Shown: piece after piece, positions 24,991 through 40,966 of the stretch | How the letters are laid out: every line of letters starts with the position of its first letter | Position numbering within the stretch: position 1 is the stretch's first letter | Source of the DNA: Actinomycetota bacterium | Lineage (GTDB): Bacteria; Actinomycetota; Actinomycetes; S36-B12 | Assembly: GCA_046046455.1 (NCBI GenBank) | Contig: JBJOJS010000066.1 | Coordinates: 64,861 to 128,860 of the forward strand | Length of the DNA stretch: 64,000 bases | Direction of reading: 5' to 3' | Program-made: the position numbers and the translations under genes | Notes under the pieces: model-generated | Seen by the model: the letters and a program-made list of their open reading frames with translations, nothing else | What the model was told of the DNA's origin: nothing | Databases searched by the model: none

Positions 24991-25364
24991 CAGCCCTTCT
25001 CCTTCTTCGCGCCGTAGCGGGAGCGGGCCTGCTTGCGGCCCTTCACGCCCTGGGTATCGAGCGCCCCGCGGATGATCTTGTAGCGGACACCGGGGAGGTC
25101 CTTCACACGGCCACCGCGCACGAGCACGATCGAGTGCTCCTGGAGGTTGTGCCCCACACCCGGGATGTAGGCCGTGACCTCGATGCCTGACGACAGGCGG
25201 ACGCGGGCGACCTTGCGCAGAGCCGAGTTCGGCTTCTTGGGCGTGGTCGTGTACACGCGCGTGCAGACGCCGCGGCGCTGGGGGCTGCCCTTCAGCGCGG
25301 GCGTCTTGCTCTTCGAGACCTTGTCCTGCCGGCCCTTGCGGACCAACTGCTGGATCGTGGGCAC
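24990..25364 (-). CDS. rpsL: 30S ribosomal protein S12
   Basis: ORF 24990..25598. Start set at GTG 25364 ([55 protein letters not shown]); 124 aa. Confidence 0.97.
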   Translation of the reverse strand: MPTIQQLVRKGRQDKVSKSKTPALKGSPQRRGVCTRVYTTTPKKPNSALRKVARVRLSSGIEVTAYIPGVGHNLQEHSIVLVRGGRVKDLPGVRYKIIRGALDTQGVKGRKQARSRYGAKKEKG

Positions 25365-25575
25365 TACGTCTCCTCGTCTGTCCTGTGTGTCCGTTTTGCC
25401 TGATTGCTCCCACCCCCGCACTCGGGTGTGTCGCGCCCCTTCCGGAGCACTGCACCCTCGAGCAAAGCTGGAGGACAACCAGCGCACGCGACCGATCGCT
25501 CGGCCCGGCACGCGCGTGAACCTGGGGCAGGCCCCAGGCACGGGGAGCAAAGATACCGGACCGGTCCTTGACGAC

Positions 25576-25619
25576 CAAATCCGGGGTCTCCCCCTCACAA
25601 ATCCGGGGTCTCCCCCTCA
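25576..25619. repeat. Perfect 22-bp tandem direct repeat x2 in the rpsL upstream region
   Basis: caaatccggggtctccccctca occurs twice back to back (25576-25597 and 25598-25619). Each unit contains the small palindrome ggggtctcccc. Confidence 0.9.
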
Positions 25620-25805
25620 AGTTCCGGCCCGGCGAGGGCCCCGGGCACGCTCGGACCTGGGCGGGCAAGCTTCTTTGCCCGAGAATCACCACCCGCTAGC
25701 AGATCCAGGGCAAGGAAGCCGTACGCGTTCCCCACCCACGACACGCGCAACGTCCCCGAGGCTGGCCGAGAGCGGTTGGCGAGGAGGGTGCCCGAGGGTG
25801 CCCAG

Positions 25806-26369
25806 TTACGCGTTCGAGGCCGCTCCGAGCACCACGGCGATGAGCAGGATCGCGCCCCCGATCACGATGAAGGCTCCGTAGAAGGCGATATTGATCCAGG
25901 ACACGATCTTGGTCGCCGTATTGAGCCCCTCGCCTCCCACGCGGCCCTGGGAGGCAGCGATCTCCTCGCCTGACTTCTTCGCCAGGACCAGAGCCACGAT
26001 GGCCGGGATGATGGGGCACAGGAGCCACGAGACGATCGACAGCACGAGGCCGACGACGGCGTTGGTCGATGTCGTCTGAGCCGGCGGATAGGCGTAGCTC
26101 TGAGCCGGATAGCCGGGGGGCGGCGGGACGACGTACCCCGGCGCCGGTGGGTACGCCGGAGCGGGGATCTGACCCGGAACTCCGTAGGTCGGGGCCCCAG
26201 CGGCGGCATCACCGGTCGCGTGGGCCGGCCACACCGGAGGAGCGGGCGGGGGTGTCGCAGGCTCGGGGGCCGCGGGTGCCGAGGAGCTGGGGGCATCGAG
26301 CCGCTGATCGGGCGCCGGCTGCTGCTCGAGTGCGGGCTGCTGGTCGGGCGTGGGCTGCTGATCGCTCAT
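25806..26369 (-). CDS. Proline-rich membrane protein with DUF4190-like C-terminal domain
   Basis: 187 aa. The N-terminal half is Pro/Gln/Ala-rich with PGY-type repeats. The C-terminal half (NAVVGLVLSIVSWLLCPIIPAIVALVLAKKSGEEIA...ATKIVSWINIAFYGAFIVIGGAILLIAVVL) has two hydrophobic hairpins typical of DUF4190. The family assignment is from memory. Confidence 0.75.
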   Translation of the reverse strand: MSDQQPTPDQQPALEQQPAPDQRLDAPSSSAPAAPEPATPPPAPPVWPAHATGDAAAGAPTYGVPGQIPAPAYPPAPGYVVPPPPGYPAQSYAYPPAQTTSTNAVVGLVLSIVSWLLCPIIPAIVALVLAKKSGEEIAASQGRVGGEGLNTATKIVSWINIAFYGAFIVIGGAILLIAVVLGAASNA

Positions 26370-26462
26370 GTACCTCAGCGTAGGTCAGGTTCACCGGGTG
26401 ATGTCGGTCCACGGGACCCGTCACTGTCGAGCCCATCACGACGGCCACCACCCCCTCAACGC

Positions 26463-26500
26463 CGTGAGGGGCGCACACCCTGCGGTGCGCGCCCCTCACG
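26463..26500 (-). terminator. Hairpin 13 nt downstream of the rpoC stop
   Basis: cgtgaggggcgc ... gcgcccctcacg forms a 12-bp perfect outer stem, extended by 4 further pairs after one mismatch. There is no U-tract. Confidence 0.55.
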
Positions 26501-26512
26501 AGTGGATCAGGA

Positions 26513-30382
<3,870 letters not shown>

Positions 30383-30433
30383 CCTGTCGTCCTTTGCCTT
30401 GTGGTTGCCGGTGGTTGTCTGCGGGTGAGGCGA

Positions 30434-33892
<3,459 letters not shown>

Positions 33893-34277
33893 GAGGGGTC
33901 CTTCCACGTGTGCCGGGACGCGCGGCATCGCCGGTGTCAAACCGGTCGGAAGCAGCGCAAAGCGGCAGCATACCCTCTGGGCACGCCGCTGTCGACCCCC
34001 GGGGGGCGCCAACGCCAGCCCTCGAGCGTGCCCTCGCCGTTGCGATCGCCCTGCGATCGACGGTCCCCGGGACGACAGACCCCCGGGGGCGGGCGCGTTC
34101 CTCGGCTTGGCATCGGGGATACCCGACCCCAGAGGTGGTGCGCGGGTAGATCGTGGCTCCCCGGAGCCGCCGAGTCAAGTGACGAGGCCGGACTGTGACC
34201 TCACGCGCCGCCCGGGATGGCGCGAATCGGGCGCCTCAGGCCCCTGCAGGTCCGGGCACGGGCGCAGTCCGGGAATG

Positions 34278-34317
34278 CGTAAGGGGGCGCCGGGAATGAC
34301 CCCGGCGCCCCCTTACG
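34278..34317 (-). terminator. rplL-rpoB intergenic attenuator/terminator hairpin (17-bp perfect stem, 6-nt loop)
   Basis: cgtaagggggcgccggg aatgac cccggcgcccccttacg lies 12 nt downstream of the rplL stop. This is the classical position of the partial terminator ahead of rpoB. Confidence 0.7.
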
Positions 34318-34328
34318 GGAGTGCGTGA

Positions 34329-34721
34329 CTACTTGACGGTGACCGTGGCGCCAGCGCCCTCGAGGGCAGCCTTGGCCTTGTCCGCGGTCTCCTTGTTGAC
34401 CTTCTCCAGGACCGGCTTGGGCGCACCCTCGACGAGATCCTTGGCCTCCTTGAGACCGAGGTTCGTGAGCGCGCGCACCTCCTTGATGACCGGGATCTTG
34501 TTGTCGCCGCCGGCCTCGAGGATGACGTCGAACTCATCCTGATCGGCAGCGGCGCCACCAGCATCGCCACCGCCGGCCGGAGCAGCCACAGCCGCGACGG
34601 CAACCGGAGCGGCTGCGGTGACCTCGAAGGTCTCCTCGAAGGCCTTCACGAACTCGGAGAGCTCGATGAGGGTCATCTCCTTGAACACATCGAGCAGCTC
34701 GTCGGTGCTCATCTTCGCCAT
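34329..34721 (-). CDS. rplL: 50S ribosomal protein L7/L12
   Basis: 130 aa. [39 protein letters not shown]...[41 protein letters not shown] matches L7/L12. Confidence 0.98.
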   Translation of the reverse strand: MAKMSTDELLDVFKEMTLIELSEFVKAFEETFEVTAAAPVAVAAVAAPAGGGDAGGAAADQDEFDVILEAGGDNKIPVIKEVRALTNLGLKEAKDLVEGAPKPVLEKVNKETADKAKAALEGAGATVTVK

Positions 34722-34767
34722 GATGGCGTCCTTTCGTTAGCCGGCCGAGGGCCGGGATTGATGGGCC

Positions 34768-35517
34768 TCAGCCCTCGGTCTGGTTCTTGCCTTCTTCGGA
34801 TGTTCCTTCAGAAGCCTCGTGGTGGTGCGGTGTGAGGCTGTCGATGACGCCCTCGACGGCGTGCTCGACCGCCTCGACGACTGCCTCGGCAGCGTGCTCG
34901 ACCTTCTCCAGCAGTGACTCCTCGGCGGGAGCAGTCTCGGCGGGAGCGGTCTCGGCGGGAGCCGCGGCTGCTGCCGCGCCAGCGCCGCCGATGATCGACG
35001 GGTCCGCCTCGGCCTTGACGCGCAGGGCCTCGACCGTGCGGGCAGCCTGCGACAGCGGCGCTACGAAGAGAGCCGCAGCCTGCGACATCGACGCCTTCAT
35101 CGCGCCCGCGAGCTTGGAGAGGAGGACCTCGCGCGACTCGAGGTCGGCGAGCTTCTTCACCTCTGCGGCGTCAAGGACGCGACCGTCCATGTAGCCGGCC
35201 TTGAGCACGAGGAGCGGGTTGTCCTTGGCGAAGTCCTTGAGACTCTTCGCGCCCTCGACGGGATCGCCCTTGATGAAGGCGATCGCACTCGGGCCGGAGA
35301 GCAGTGCGTCGAAGCCCTCGACGCCGGCCTCGCGGGCGGCGATCTTGGTGAGGGTGTTCTTCACGACGGCGTAGTTGGCCACGCCCTTGAGCGAACGGCG
35401 CAACTGGCTGATCTGCGACACCGTGAGGCCGCGGTACTCGGTGAGCACGGCCGCGGTCGACGTACGGAACTCTTCAGCGAGCTCCGCGACGGTGGCGGCC
35501 TTGTCTTCGCGAGCCAT
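34768..35517 (-). CDS. rplJ: 50S ribosomal protein L10 with an unusually long C-terminal extension
   Basis: ORF 34768..35610. Start set at ATG 35517 ([43 protein letters not shown]), preceded by GGAGCAGGAGGAG. The protein is 249 aa, against about 170-190 aa for a typical L10. Confidence 0.95.
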   Translation of the reverse strand: MAREDKAATVAELAEEFRTSTAAVLTEYRGLTVSQISQLRRSLKGVANYAVVKNTLTKIAAREAGVEGFDALLSGPSAIAFIKGDPVEGAKSLKDFAKDNPLLVLKAGYMDGRVLDAAEVKKLADLESREVLLSKLAGAMKASMSQAAALFVAPLSQAARTVEALRVKAEADPSIIGGAGAAAAAAPAETAPAETAPAEESLLEKVEHAAEAVVEAVEHAVEGVIDSLTPHHHEASEGTSEEGKNQTEG

Positions 35518-35739
35518 GGGCTCCTCCTGCTCCTCTGCATCGGCCCCTGGGGGCCAGGCGACCCGTGGGGTGCGCACGCAGGGCAGGTCCGCCGGCATCG
35601 GCGGGCTCAACCTGCGCAGGCGACCCTGTGGGTCCTTCGTCAGCCCGGGGGCTGCAACCGGCGGTCTTCGGTCGTGGGTGAGGGTACGGGGCCGGGGGGC
35701 TCGGCGTCAAAACGGTCGAGCCGCCCCGTTCCGTGGCAA
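35518..35739 (-). promoter_or_regulatory. Putative rplJ 5' leader (candidate L10/L12 autoregulatory region) and promoter
   Basis: A 222-nt non-coding gap lies between the rplA stop and the rplJ start, at the position where L10 leaders occur in other bacteria. I did not verify a specific fold. Confidence 0.35.
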
Positions 35740-36453
35740 CTACTCGGTGGACTCGCTGGCGCCACGCGAGGTGGCCTGGGGGTCTACGGGGATGCCCGGG
35801 CCCATCGTGGCCGAGACGGTGACCTTCTTGACGTAGCGACCCTTGGCGGCCGACGGCTTGGCACGCAGGATCTCGTCGAGGGCGGCCAGGTAGTTGTCGG
35901 TGAGCTGATCCTCGCTGAAGGAGGCGCGGCCGACAGGGAAGTGCAGGTTGGAGTTCTTGTCGACGCGGAACTCGATCTTGCCGCCCTTGATGTCCTCAAC
36001 GGCCTTGGCGACATCCATGGTCACCGTGCCGGTCTTGGGGTTGGGCATGAGTCCACGGGGTCCGAGGACCTTGCCCAGGCGGCCCACCTTGCCCATGAGA
36101 TCGGGGGTCGACACGGCGGCGTCGAAGTCCGTCCAGCCGCCGGCTACGCGCTCGATGAGCTCGTCGCTGCCCACCTCGTCAGCGCCAGCCGCACGAGCCT
36201 CCTCGGCCTTCTCGCCCGCGGCGAAGACGATGACGCGCGCGGTCTTGCCGGTGCCGTGCGGGAGGTTGACCGTCCCGCGGACCATCTGGTCGGCCTTGCG
36301 CGGATCGACACCGAGTCGCATGGAGACCTCGATGGTCGGATCGAACTTGGTCTTGGCGGTCTGCTTGGCGATCGCCATGGCGGACGCGGGGGCGTAGAGG
36401 CGATCGGGATCGATCAACTCCATGGCCTGCCGGTATGCCTTGCTGCGCTTCAT
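35740..36453 (-). CDS. rplA: 50S ribosomal protein L1
   Basis: ORF 35740..36465. ATG 36453 ([22 protein letters not shown]) is preferred, with GGGAG upstream; ATG 36465 is possible. Confidence 0.96.
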   Translation of the reverse strand: MKRSKAYRQAMELIDPDRLYAPASAMAIAKQTAKTKFDPTIEVSMRLGVDPRKADQMVRGTVNLPHGTGKTARVIVFAAGEKAEEARAAGADEVGSDELIERVAGGWTDFDAAVSTPDLMGKVGRLGKVLGPRGLMPNPKTGTVTMDVAKAVEDIKGGKIEFRVDKNSNLHFPVGRASFSEDQLTDNYLAALDEILRAKPSAAKGRYVKKVTVSATMGPGIPVDPQATSRGASESTE

Positions 36454-36540
36454 TGCTGCTCCCATCGTGGTGGAGGTTGTGGTCGGCGGGCCGCGCTCGG
36501 CCCTCCCACGCCCGCCGCGGTGCGGCGGGAATTCTCGTGA

Positions 36541-36969
36541 CTATTCGCTGACCGTGACACCCATCTGGCGCGCGGTGCCCTCGATGATCTTCATCGCGGC
36601 GTCGACGTCATTGGCGTTGAGGTCGGGCATCTTGGTCTCGGCGATCTCGCGCACCTGTGCGCGCGTGATCGAGCCGGCGACCTTGGGCGGGGCGCCCGAG
36701 CCCTTCTCGAGGCCAGCGGCCTTGAGGATGAGCCGGGAGGCTGGCGGCGTCTTGAGGGTGAAGTCGAAGGAGCGGTCCTCGTAGACCGTGATCTCCACGG
36801 GGATCACCTGGCCGCGCTGGTTCTCCGTCGCGGCGTTGTAGGCCTTGCAGAAGTCCATGATGTTGACGCCGTGCTGGCCGAGGGCAGGACCCACCGGAGG
36901 CGCAGGATTCGCCTGACCGGCCTGGATCTGGAGCTTGATCATGCCGGCGATCTTCTTCTTGGGTGCCAT
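36541..36969 (-). CDS. rplK: 50S ribosomal protein L11
   Basis: ORF 36541..37185. Start set at ATG 36969 ([45 protein letters not shown]); 142 aa. Confidence 0.97.
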   Translation of the reverse strand: MAPKKKIAGMIKLQIQAGQANPAPPVGPALGQHGVNIMDFCKAYNAATENQRGQVIPVEITVYEDRSFDFTLKTPPASRLILKAAGLEKGSGAPPKVAGSITRAQVREIAETKMPDLNANDVDAAMKIIEGTARQMGVTVSE

Positions 36970-36988
36970 GGTGATGTCCTCGCTGCTA

Positions 36989-37831
36989 TCAGTTCTTCTG
37001 GATCTGGCTGAACGCCAGCTCGACGGGAGTCTCGCGACCGAAGATCTCCACGAGGCCGGTGACCTTCTGGGCCTCGATGTTGATCTCGGAGATGGTGGCG
37101 TGCAGGGTGGCGAACGGGCCATCGACCACGGTGACGGAGTCGCCGACAGAGAAGTCGACAACGCGCACCTCGGTGGGTGCCGCACCCGGAGTGGCCCCCG
37201 CGGGCACGGGAGCCCCGGGCTTGCGCTCCGGTGTGGGAGCCAGGATCGCGACGACCTCGTCGAGCGAGAGCGGCGAAGGCTGGTGTCCGTGGCCCACGAA
37301 ACCGGTCACCCCGGGCGTGTGGCGCACGGCACCCCACGACTCGTCCGTGAGATCCATGCGGACGAGGACGTATCCGGGGAACTTGGTGCGCCGGACGAGC
37401 TTGCGCTGCCCCTGCTTGATCTCGGTGACCTCCTCCATCGGCACCTCGACCTGGAAGATGTAGTCCTCCATGTTGAGGGACGTGATGCGGGTCTCGAGAT
37501 TGGACTTCACGCGGTTCTCGTAACCGGCGTACGAGTGGACGACGAACCACTCGCCTGCCGCCATGCGCATCTGCTCGCGGAAGGCCTCGACGGGGTCCTC
37601 CTCGTCGACCTCCTCCACGATGGCCGCGGCCGCGATCTCCTCGGCGACGATCTCGTCCTCGACGACCTCGGCGACGACCTCGTCGACGACGAGCTCCTCT
37701 GCACCGGCCTCCTCCACGACGACGGCATCGCCGACATAGGCCTCGGGCGCCACGTCGGCGCCCTCGGTCTGGAAGACGAGTGCGGGCGCCGGTGCGGCGT
37801 CAGCGGACTCGGTAGTGGGGAAGTCGGTCAC
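36989..37831 (-). CDS. nusG: Transcription termination/antitermination factor NusG with acidic N-terminal extension
   Basis: 280 aa with a GTG start. An Asp/Glu/Val/Ala-rich extension of about 95 aa precedes the NGN domain ([19 protein letters not shown]) and the KOW domain ([24 protein letters not shown]). Confidence 0.96.
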   Translation of the reverse strand: MTDFPTTESADAAPAPALVFQTEGADVAPEAYVGDAVVVEEAGAEELVVDEVVAEVVEDEIVAEEIAAAAIVEEVDEEDPVEAFREQMRMAAGEWFVVHSYAGYENRVKSNLETRITSLNMEDYIFQVEVPMEEVTEIKQGQRKLVRRTKFPGYVLVRMDLTDESWGAVRHTPGVTGFVGHGHQPSPLSLDEVVAILAPTPERKPGAPVPAGATPGAAPTEVRVVDFSVGDSVTVVDGPFATLHATISEINIEAQKVTGLVEIFGRETPVELAFSQIQKN

Positions 37832-37877
37832 GGGTGTCAGGGCTCCTGCTGCTCGGTGCTCAACGATGAGCGGGTGC

Positions 37878-38099
37878 TCATCCGAAGATGAAGAGCACCC
37901 CTCGGGTGAAGACGTAGTCGTACGCGGCCACGATCGCAGCCATCACGACGACGAAGACGATGACCACGATGGTGTAGGTGACCAACTCCTTGCGAGTCGG
38001 CCAGATCACCTTGCGGAGCTCGGCAACCACCTGGCGCAGGAAAAGCGCAAGCCGCCCAAAGAGGGACAGCTTGGTGTCGCCGCGCGCTTCGCTGCTCAC
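37878..38099 (-). CDS. secE: Preprotein translocase subunit SecE
   Basis: ORF 37878..38183. Start set at GTG 38099 ([43 protein letters not shown]), preceded by AGGAAG. It has a single C-terminal TM helix. The longer ORF would overlap tRNA-Trp. Confidence 0.9.
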   Translation of the reverse strand: MSSEARGDTKLSLFGRLALFLRQVVAELRKVIWPTRKELVTYTIVVIVFVVVMAAIVAAYDYVFTRGVLFIFG

Positions 38100-38156
38100 G
38101 TGGTCTTCCTGTCGTCGTACGGGTGGAACGTGGATCTGGTGCTGTGGAGCGTGGAG

Positions 38157-38229
38157 CAGGGCCGGAGGGACTCGAACCCCCAACCACCGGTTTTGGAGAC
38201 CGGGACTCTACCAATTGAGCTACGGCCCT
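38157..38229 (-). tRNA. trpT: tRNA-Trp (anticodon CCA)
   Basis: Manual fold of AGGGCCGTAGCTCAATTGGTAGAGTCCCGGTCTCCAAAACCGGTGGTTGGGGGTTCGAGTCCCTCCGGCCCTG gives a 7-bp acceptor stem, a CT-CCA-AA anticodon loop and a GGTTCGAGTCC T-arm. The 3' CCA is not encoded. Confidence 0.93.
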
Positions 38230-38332
38230 CAGGCGACCATCGCCCCCGAAAGGCGCCTGCGGGCAGGCGTCAACAGGGTGGGAAAGCCACCGGCTACGGG
38301 AGTCTACGTGGCCCGGTGTCAGCCGGTCCAAT

Positions 38333-38401
38333 CACCCTCCTCGCACCCCTCCCGGCACCCTCCTCGCACCCCACCCGGCACCCTCCTCGCACCCCCTCCC
38401 C
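38333..38401. repeat. C-rich 23-bp tandem repeat x3 upstream of the aminotransferase gene
   Basis: The three units are caccctcctcgcacccctcccgg, caccctcctcgcaccccacccgg and caccctcctcgcaccccctcccc. The array ends 32 nt before the ATG at 38433. Confidence 0.9.
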
Positions 38402-38432
38402 CAGGACCGGCCCCGGCTGGTTGGATTCCCCT

Positions 38433-39635
38433 ATGGCCTCCCGCATCTCCCGGCGCCTCGCCGCCATCACCGAATCCGCGACCCTCGCCGTCGACGCGAA
38501 GGCCAAGGCCTTGAAGGCTGCCGGCCGCCCGGTCATCGGCTTCGGGGCCGGCGAGCCCGACTTCCCCACGCCGGACTACATCGTGGAGGCCGCGGTGGCG
38601 GCCTGCCGCGACGCGAAGTGGCACCGCTACACCCCCGCAGGGGGACTCCCGGAGCTCCGCGAGGCGGTCGCCGCCAAGACCCTGCGCGACAGCGGCTACG
38701 AGGTCAAGGCGAACCAGGTCCTCATCACCAATGGCGGCAAGCAGGCGCTCTACAACACCTTCGCCGCCCTCCTCGATCCCGGTGACGAGGCGATCCTCCC
38801 CGCTCCCTACTGGACGACGTACCCCGAGGCAATCAAGCTCGCCGGCGGCACGCCCGTCATCGTCGACACCGACGAGGCCAGCGGCTACCGCGCCACGGTC
38901 GAGCAGCTCGAGGCGGCGCGCACGCCCCGCACCAAGCTGCTCGTCTTCGTTTCCCCGTCCAACCCCACCGGCGCCGTCTACACGCCCGAGCAGGTCGCCG
39001 CAGTGGGCCGCTGGGCCGCGGAGCATGGCATCTGGGTCGTCACCGACGAGATCTACGAGCACCTGGTGTACGGCGACGCGGTCTTCGCGTCCATGCCCGT
39101 ACTCGTGCCGGAGATCGCCGACACCTGTGTCGTCGTCAACGGGGTGGCCAAGACCTACGCCATGACGGGCTGGCGCGTGGGCTGGATGATCGGCCCCGAC
39201 GACGTCATCAAGGCCGCGGGCAACCTCCAGTCGCACGCGACGTCCAATGTCGCCAACGTCTCCCAGGTGGCCGCACTGGCTGCGGTCTCAGGTGATCTCG
39301 CCGCTGTCGAGGAGATGAAGGTTGCCTTCGACCGGCGTCGCCGGCTCATCGTGGACCTGCTTTCGGCGATTCCCGGGGTCGACTGCCCCACGCCCGAGGG
39401 AGCGTTCTACGTGTACCCGTCCGTGAAGGGCGTACTCGGCAAGGAGATCCGCGGCCAGAGGCCCACGTCGTCTGCCGAGCTGTCCGGCCTGATCCTGGAC
39501 GAAGCAGAGGTCGCCGTCGTGCCGGGCGAGGCCTTCGGCACTCCGGGCTATCTGCGCCTGTCCTACGCCACGAGCGACGCGGATATCGAGGAGGGCGTGG
39601 GCCGCATGGCCGCACTCCTCGGCGAGGCCCGCTGA
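38433..39635 (+). CDS. Class I pyridoxal-phosphate-dependent aminotransferase (aspartate aminotransferase-like)
   Basis: In-frame ATG at 38433 within ORF 37815..39635 ([47 protein letters not shown]); 400 aa. The PLP-lysine context is [17 protein letters not shown]. The upstream part of the ORF overlaps secE and tRNA-Trp and is not coding. Confidence 0.92.
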   Translation: MASRISRRLAAITESATLAVDAKAKALKAAGRPVIGFGAGEPDFPTPDYIVEAAVAACRDAKWHRYTPAGGLPELREAVAAKTLRDSGYEVKANQVLITNGGKQALYNTFAALLDPGDEAILPAPYWTTYPEAIKLAGGTPVIVDTDEASGYRATVEQLEAARTPRTKLLVFVSPSNPTGAVYTPEQVAAVGRWAAEHGIWVVTDEIYEHLVYGDAVFASMPVLVPEIADTCVVVNGVAKTYAMTGWRVGWMIGPDDVIKAAGNLQSHATSNVANVSQVAALAAVSGDLAAVEEMKVAFDRRRRLIVDLLSAIPGVDCPTPEGAFYVYPSVKGVLGKEIRGQRPTSSAELSGLILDEAEVAVVPGEAFGTPGYLRLSYATSDADIEEGVGRMAALLGEAR

Positions 39636-39649
39636 GCCACCCGCTCAAC

Positions 39650-39870
39650 TCGAACTTCGAGCGGAGACGGTCACTTTTCGACCTCCTGCGCTCGAAGTTC
39701 GCGGCTCAGCCGCAGTGGCACTGGATTGTGCGGCTCAGACGTAGTGGCACTGGATTGTGCGGCTGTGTGGCAGCGAGACTCGAATGAATCCGCACAATCG
39801 CGCGGGGTGACGACGCGACCTGAACTTCGGGCGTTTTGGCGAGTGCTACTCGCCCGATCTCCCGAAGTTC
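39650..39870. repeat. Composite palindromic/tandem repeat element in the convergent aminotransferase-murB intergenic region
   Basis: Two related hairpin units share GAACTTCG(A/G)G..C(T/C)CGAAGTTC arms (39650-39701 and 39822-39870). They flank a 29-bp tandem repeat x2.2 (cggctcag[c/a]cg[c/t]agtggcactggattgtg, 39702-39764) and an inverted partial copy ccgcacaatc (39790-39799). Confidence 0.85.
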
Positions 39871-39883
39871 GCCGTGACCGGGG

Positions 39884-40966
39884 CTAATCCAGGATGCAGC
39901 CGAGCAGCACCGGCTCGGGCACGAGCACGATCCCGAAGCGCTCGCGTACGCCGTTCCTGACCTCGCGAGCGAGCCGGAGGACGTCAGCTGTCGATGCCGA
40001 ACCCCGGTTGGTGATCGCGAGCGTGTGCTTGGTCGACAGCCGCGCCGCCCCTCCATCGGGGTAGCCGCGCGGGAAGCCCGCCTGCTCCACCAGCCAAGCG
40101 GCGCTCGTCTTGATCGAGCCATCGGGCTGAGACCACGCCGGAGCACCGACCGGGACCCGGCCCGCCTCGACGATCGGGTTGGTGAAGAACGACCCGACGC
40201 TCCAGGTGTCGTGGTCAGCGGGATTGAGCACCATCCCCTTGCCCCGACGCAGCTCGAGCACCGCCTCGCGGACGTCACGAGAGGGGGCGCGCTCCCCCAC
40301 GGAGACTCCCAGGCGAGTCGCGAGCTCGGCGTACCCAATCGGCGCGGACAGCGCCCCCAGAGGGAGTTGGAAAGTCACGGAGAGGATGACGTAGCGGGGG
40401 TCGGCCTTGAAGCGCGACGTCCGGTACGCGAATCCGCAGTCTCCCGCGGCGATCACCTCAGTGCACCCGGCGACCCGGTCGTACGCCGTCACACGGGCGA
40501 TGGTGTCGGCGACCTCCTGGCCGTAGGCGCCGACGTTTTGGATGGGCGTGGCTCCGGTCAGCCCAGGGATGCCGGACAGTGCTTCGATCCCCGACCACCC
40601 TTCCGCGACTGCGCGCGCGACGACGTCATCCCACGGCTCGCCCGCGGCGACGGTGACCCAAGCGCCGGCGCAGTCATCCACGGACACGTCGATGCCGCGC
40701 GTGCGCGCGAGGACGACGGTGCCGGGCAGACCGTCGTCGGCGACGACGACATTGCTGCCACCACCCAGGATCGTGAGGCGCTCGCCCGCGGCGTCCGCGG
40801 CGGCGACTGAGTCGATGAGATCGGCCTCGGTCTCGGCGACGACCATGCGCTCGGCGGGTCCGCCGGTGCGCAAGGTGGTGAAGCCCGACAGGGGTGGCTC
40901 CGCCGCCGCGCCGGGCTGGCCCGACAGGGGTGGCTCCGCCGCCGCGCCGGGCCCTATCGCGCTCAC
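39884..40966 (-). CDS. murB: UDP-N-acetylenolpyruvoylglucosamine reductase MurB
   Basis: ORF 39884..41173. Start set at GTG 40966 (VSAIGPGAAAEPPLSG...), in a GTGA overlap with the stop of the upstream dehydratase gene. FTTLRTGGPAERMVVAETEADL...ILGGGSNVVV is the FAD-binding domain, with a MurB C-terminal domain following. Confidence 0.93.
   Translation of the reverse strand: MSAIGPGAAAEPPLSGQPGAAAEPPLSGFTTLRTGGPAERMVVAETEADLIDSVAAADAAGERLTILGGGSNVVVADDGLPGTVVLARTRGIDVSVDDCAGAWVTVAAGEPWDDVVARAVAEGWSGIEALSGIPGLTGATPIQNVGAYGQEVADTIARVTAYDRVAGCTEVIAAGDCGFAYRTSRFKADPRYVILSVTFQLPLGALSAPIGYAELATRLGVSVGERAPSRDVREAVLELRRGKGMVLNPADHDTWSVGSFFTNPIVEAGRVPVGAPAWSQPDGSIKTSAAWLVEQAGFPRGYPDGGAARLSTKHTLAITNRGSASTADVLRLAREVRNGVRERFGIVLVPEPVLLGCILD
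40884..40955. repeat. 36-bp in-frame tandem duplication inside the murB 5' end
   Basis: cccgacaggggtggctccgccgccgcgccgggc is identical over 33 consecutive nt in both units. It encodes PGAAAEPPLSGQ / PGAAAEPPLSGF. Confidence 0.92.

Noticed and set aside
24520-25692. Very long N-terminal extensions of real genes in the ORF track (rpsG 390 aa, rpsL 202 aa, rpsI 327 aa, rplN 188 aa, rplK 214 aa, rplW 159 aa, rpmC 128 aa, rpmG 97 aa, map 332 aa, murB 429 aa, korA 804 aa, aminotransferase 606 aa)
   Set aside because: The extensions overlap upstream genes or tRNAs and have Arg/Pro-rich junk composition. They precede internal start codons that sit at conserved protein N-termini, often with SD sequences or ATGA/GTGA coupling to the upstream stop. 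I trimmed each to the homology-supported start.
35518-35739. Assigning a specific Rfam L10-leader fold to the rplJ upstream region
   Set aside because: The position is right, but I could not confidently trace the conserved L10-leader secondary structure by eye. It is kept only as a low-confidence regulatory region.
38333-39870. Possible CRISPR array suggested by the clustered short repeats (23-mer x3, 29-mer x2.2)
   Set aside because: The repeats are directly abutting with no unique spacers, there are only 2-3 units, and no cas genes are present in the window.
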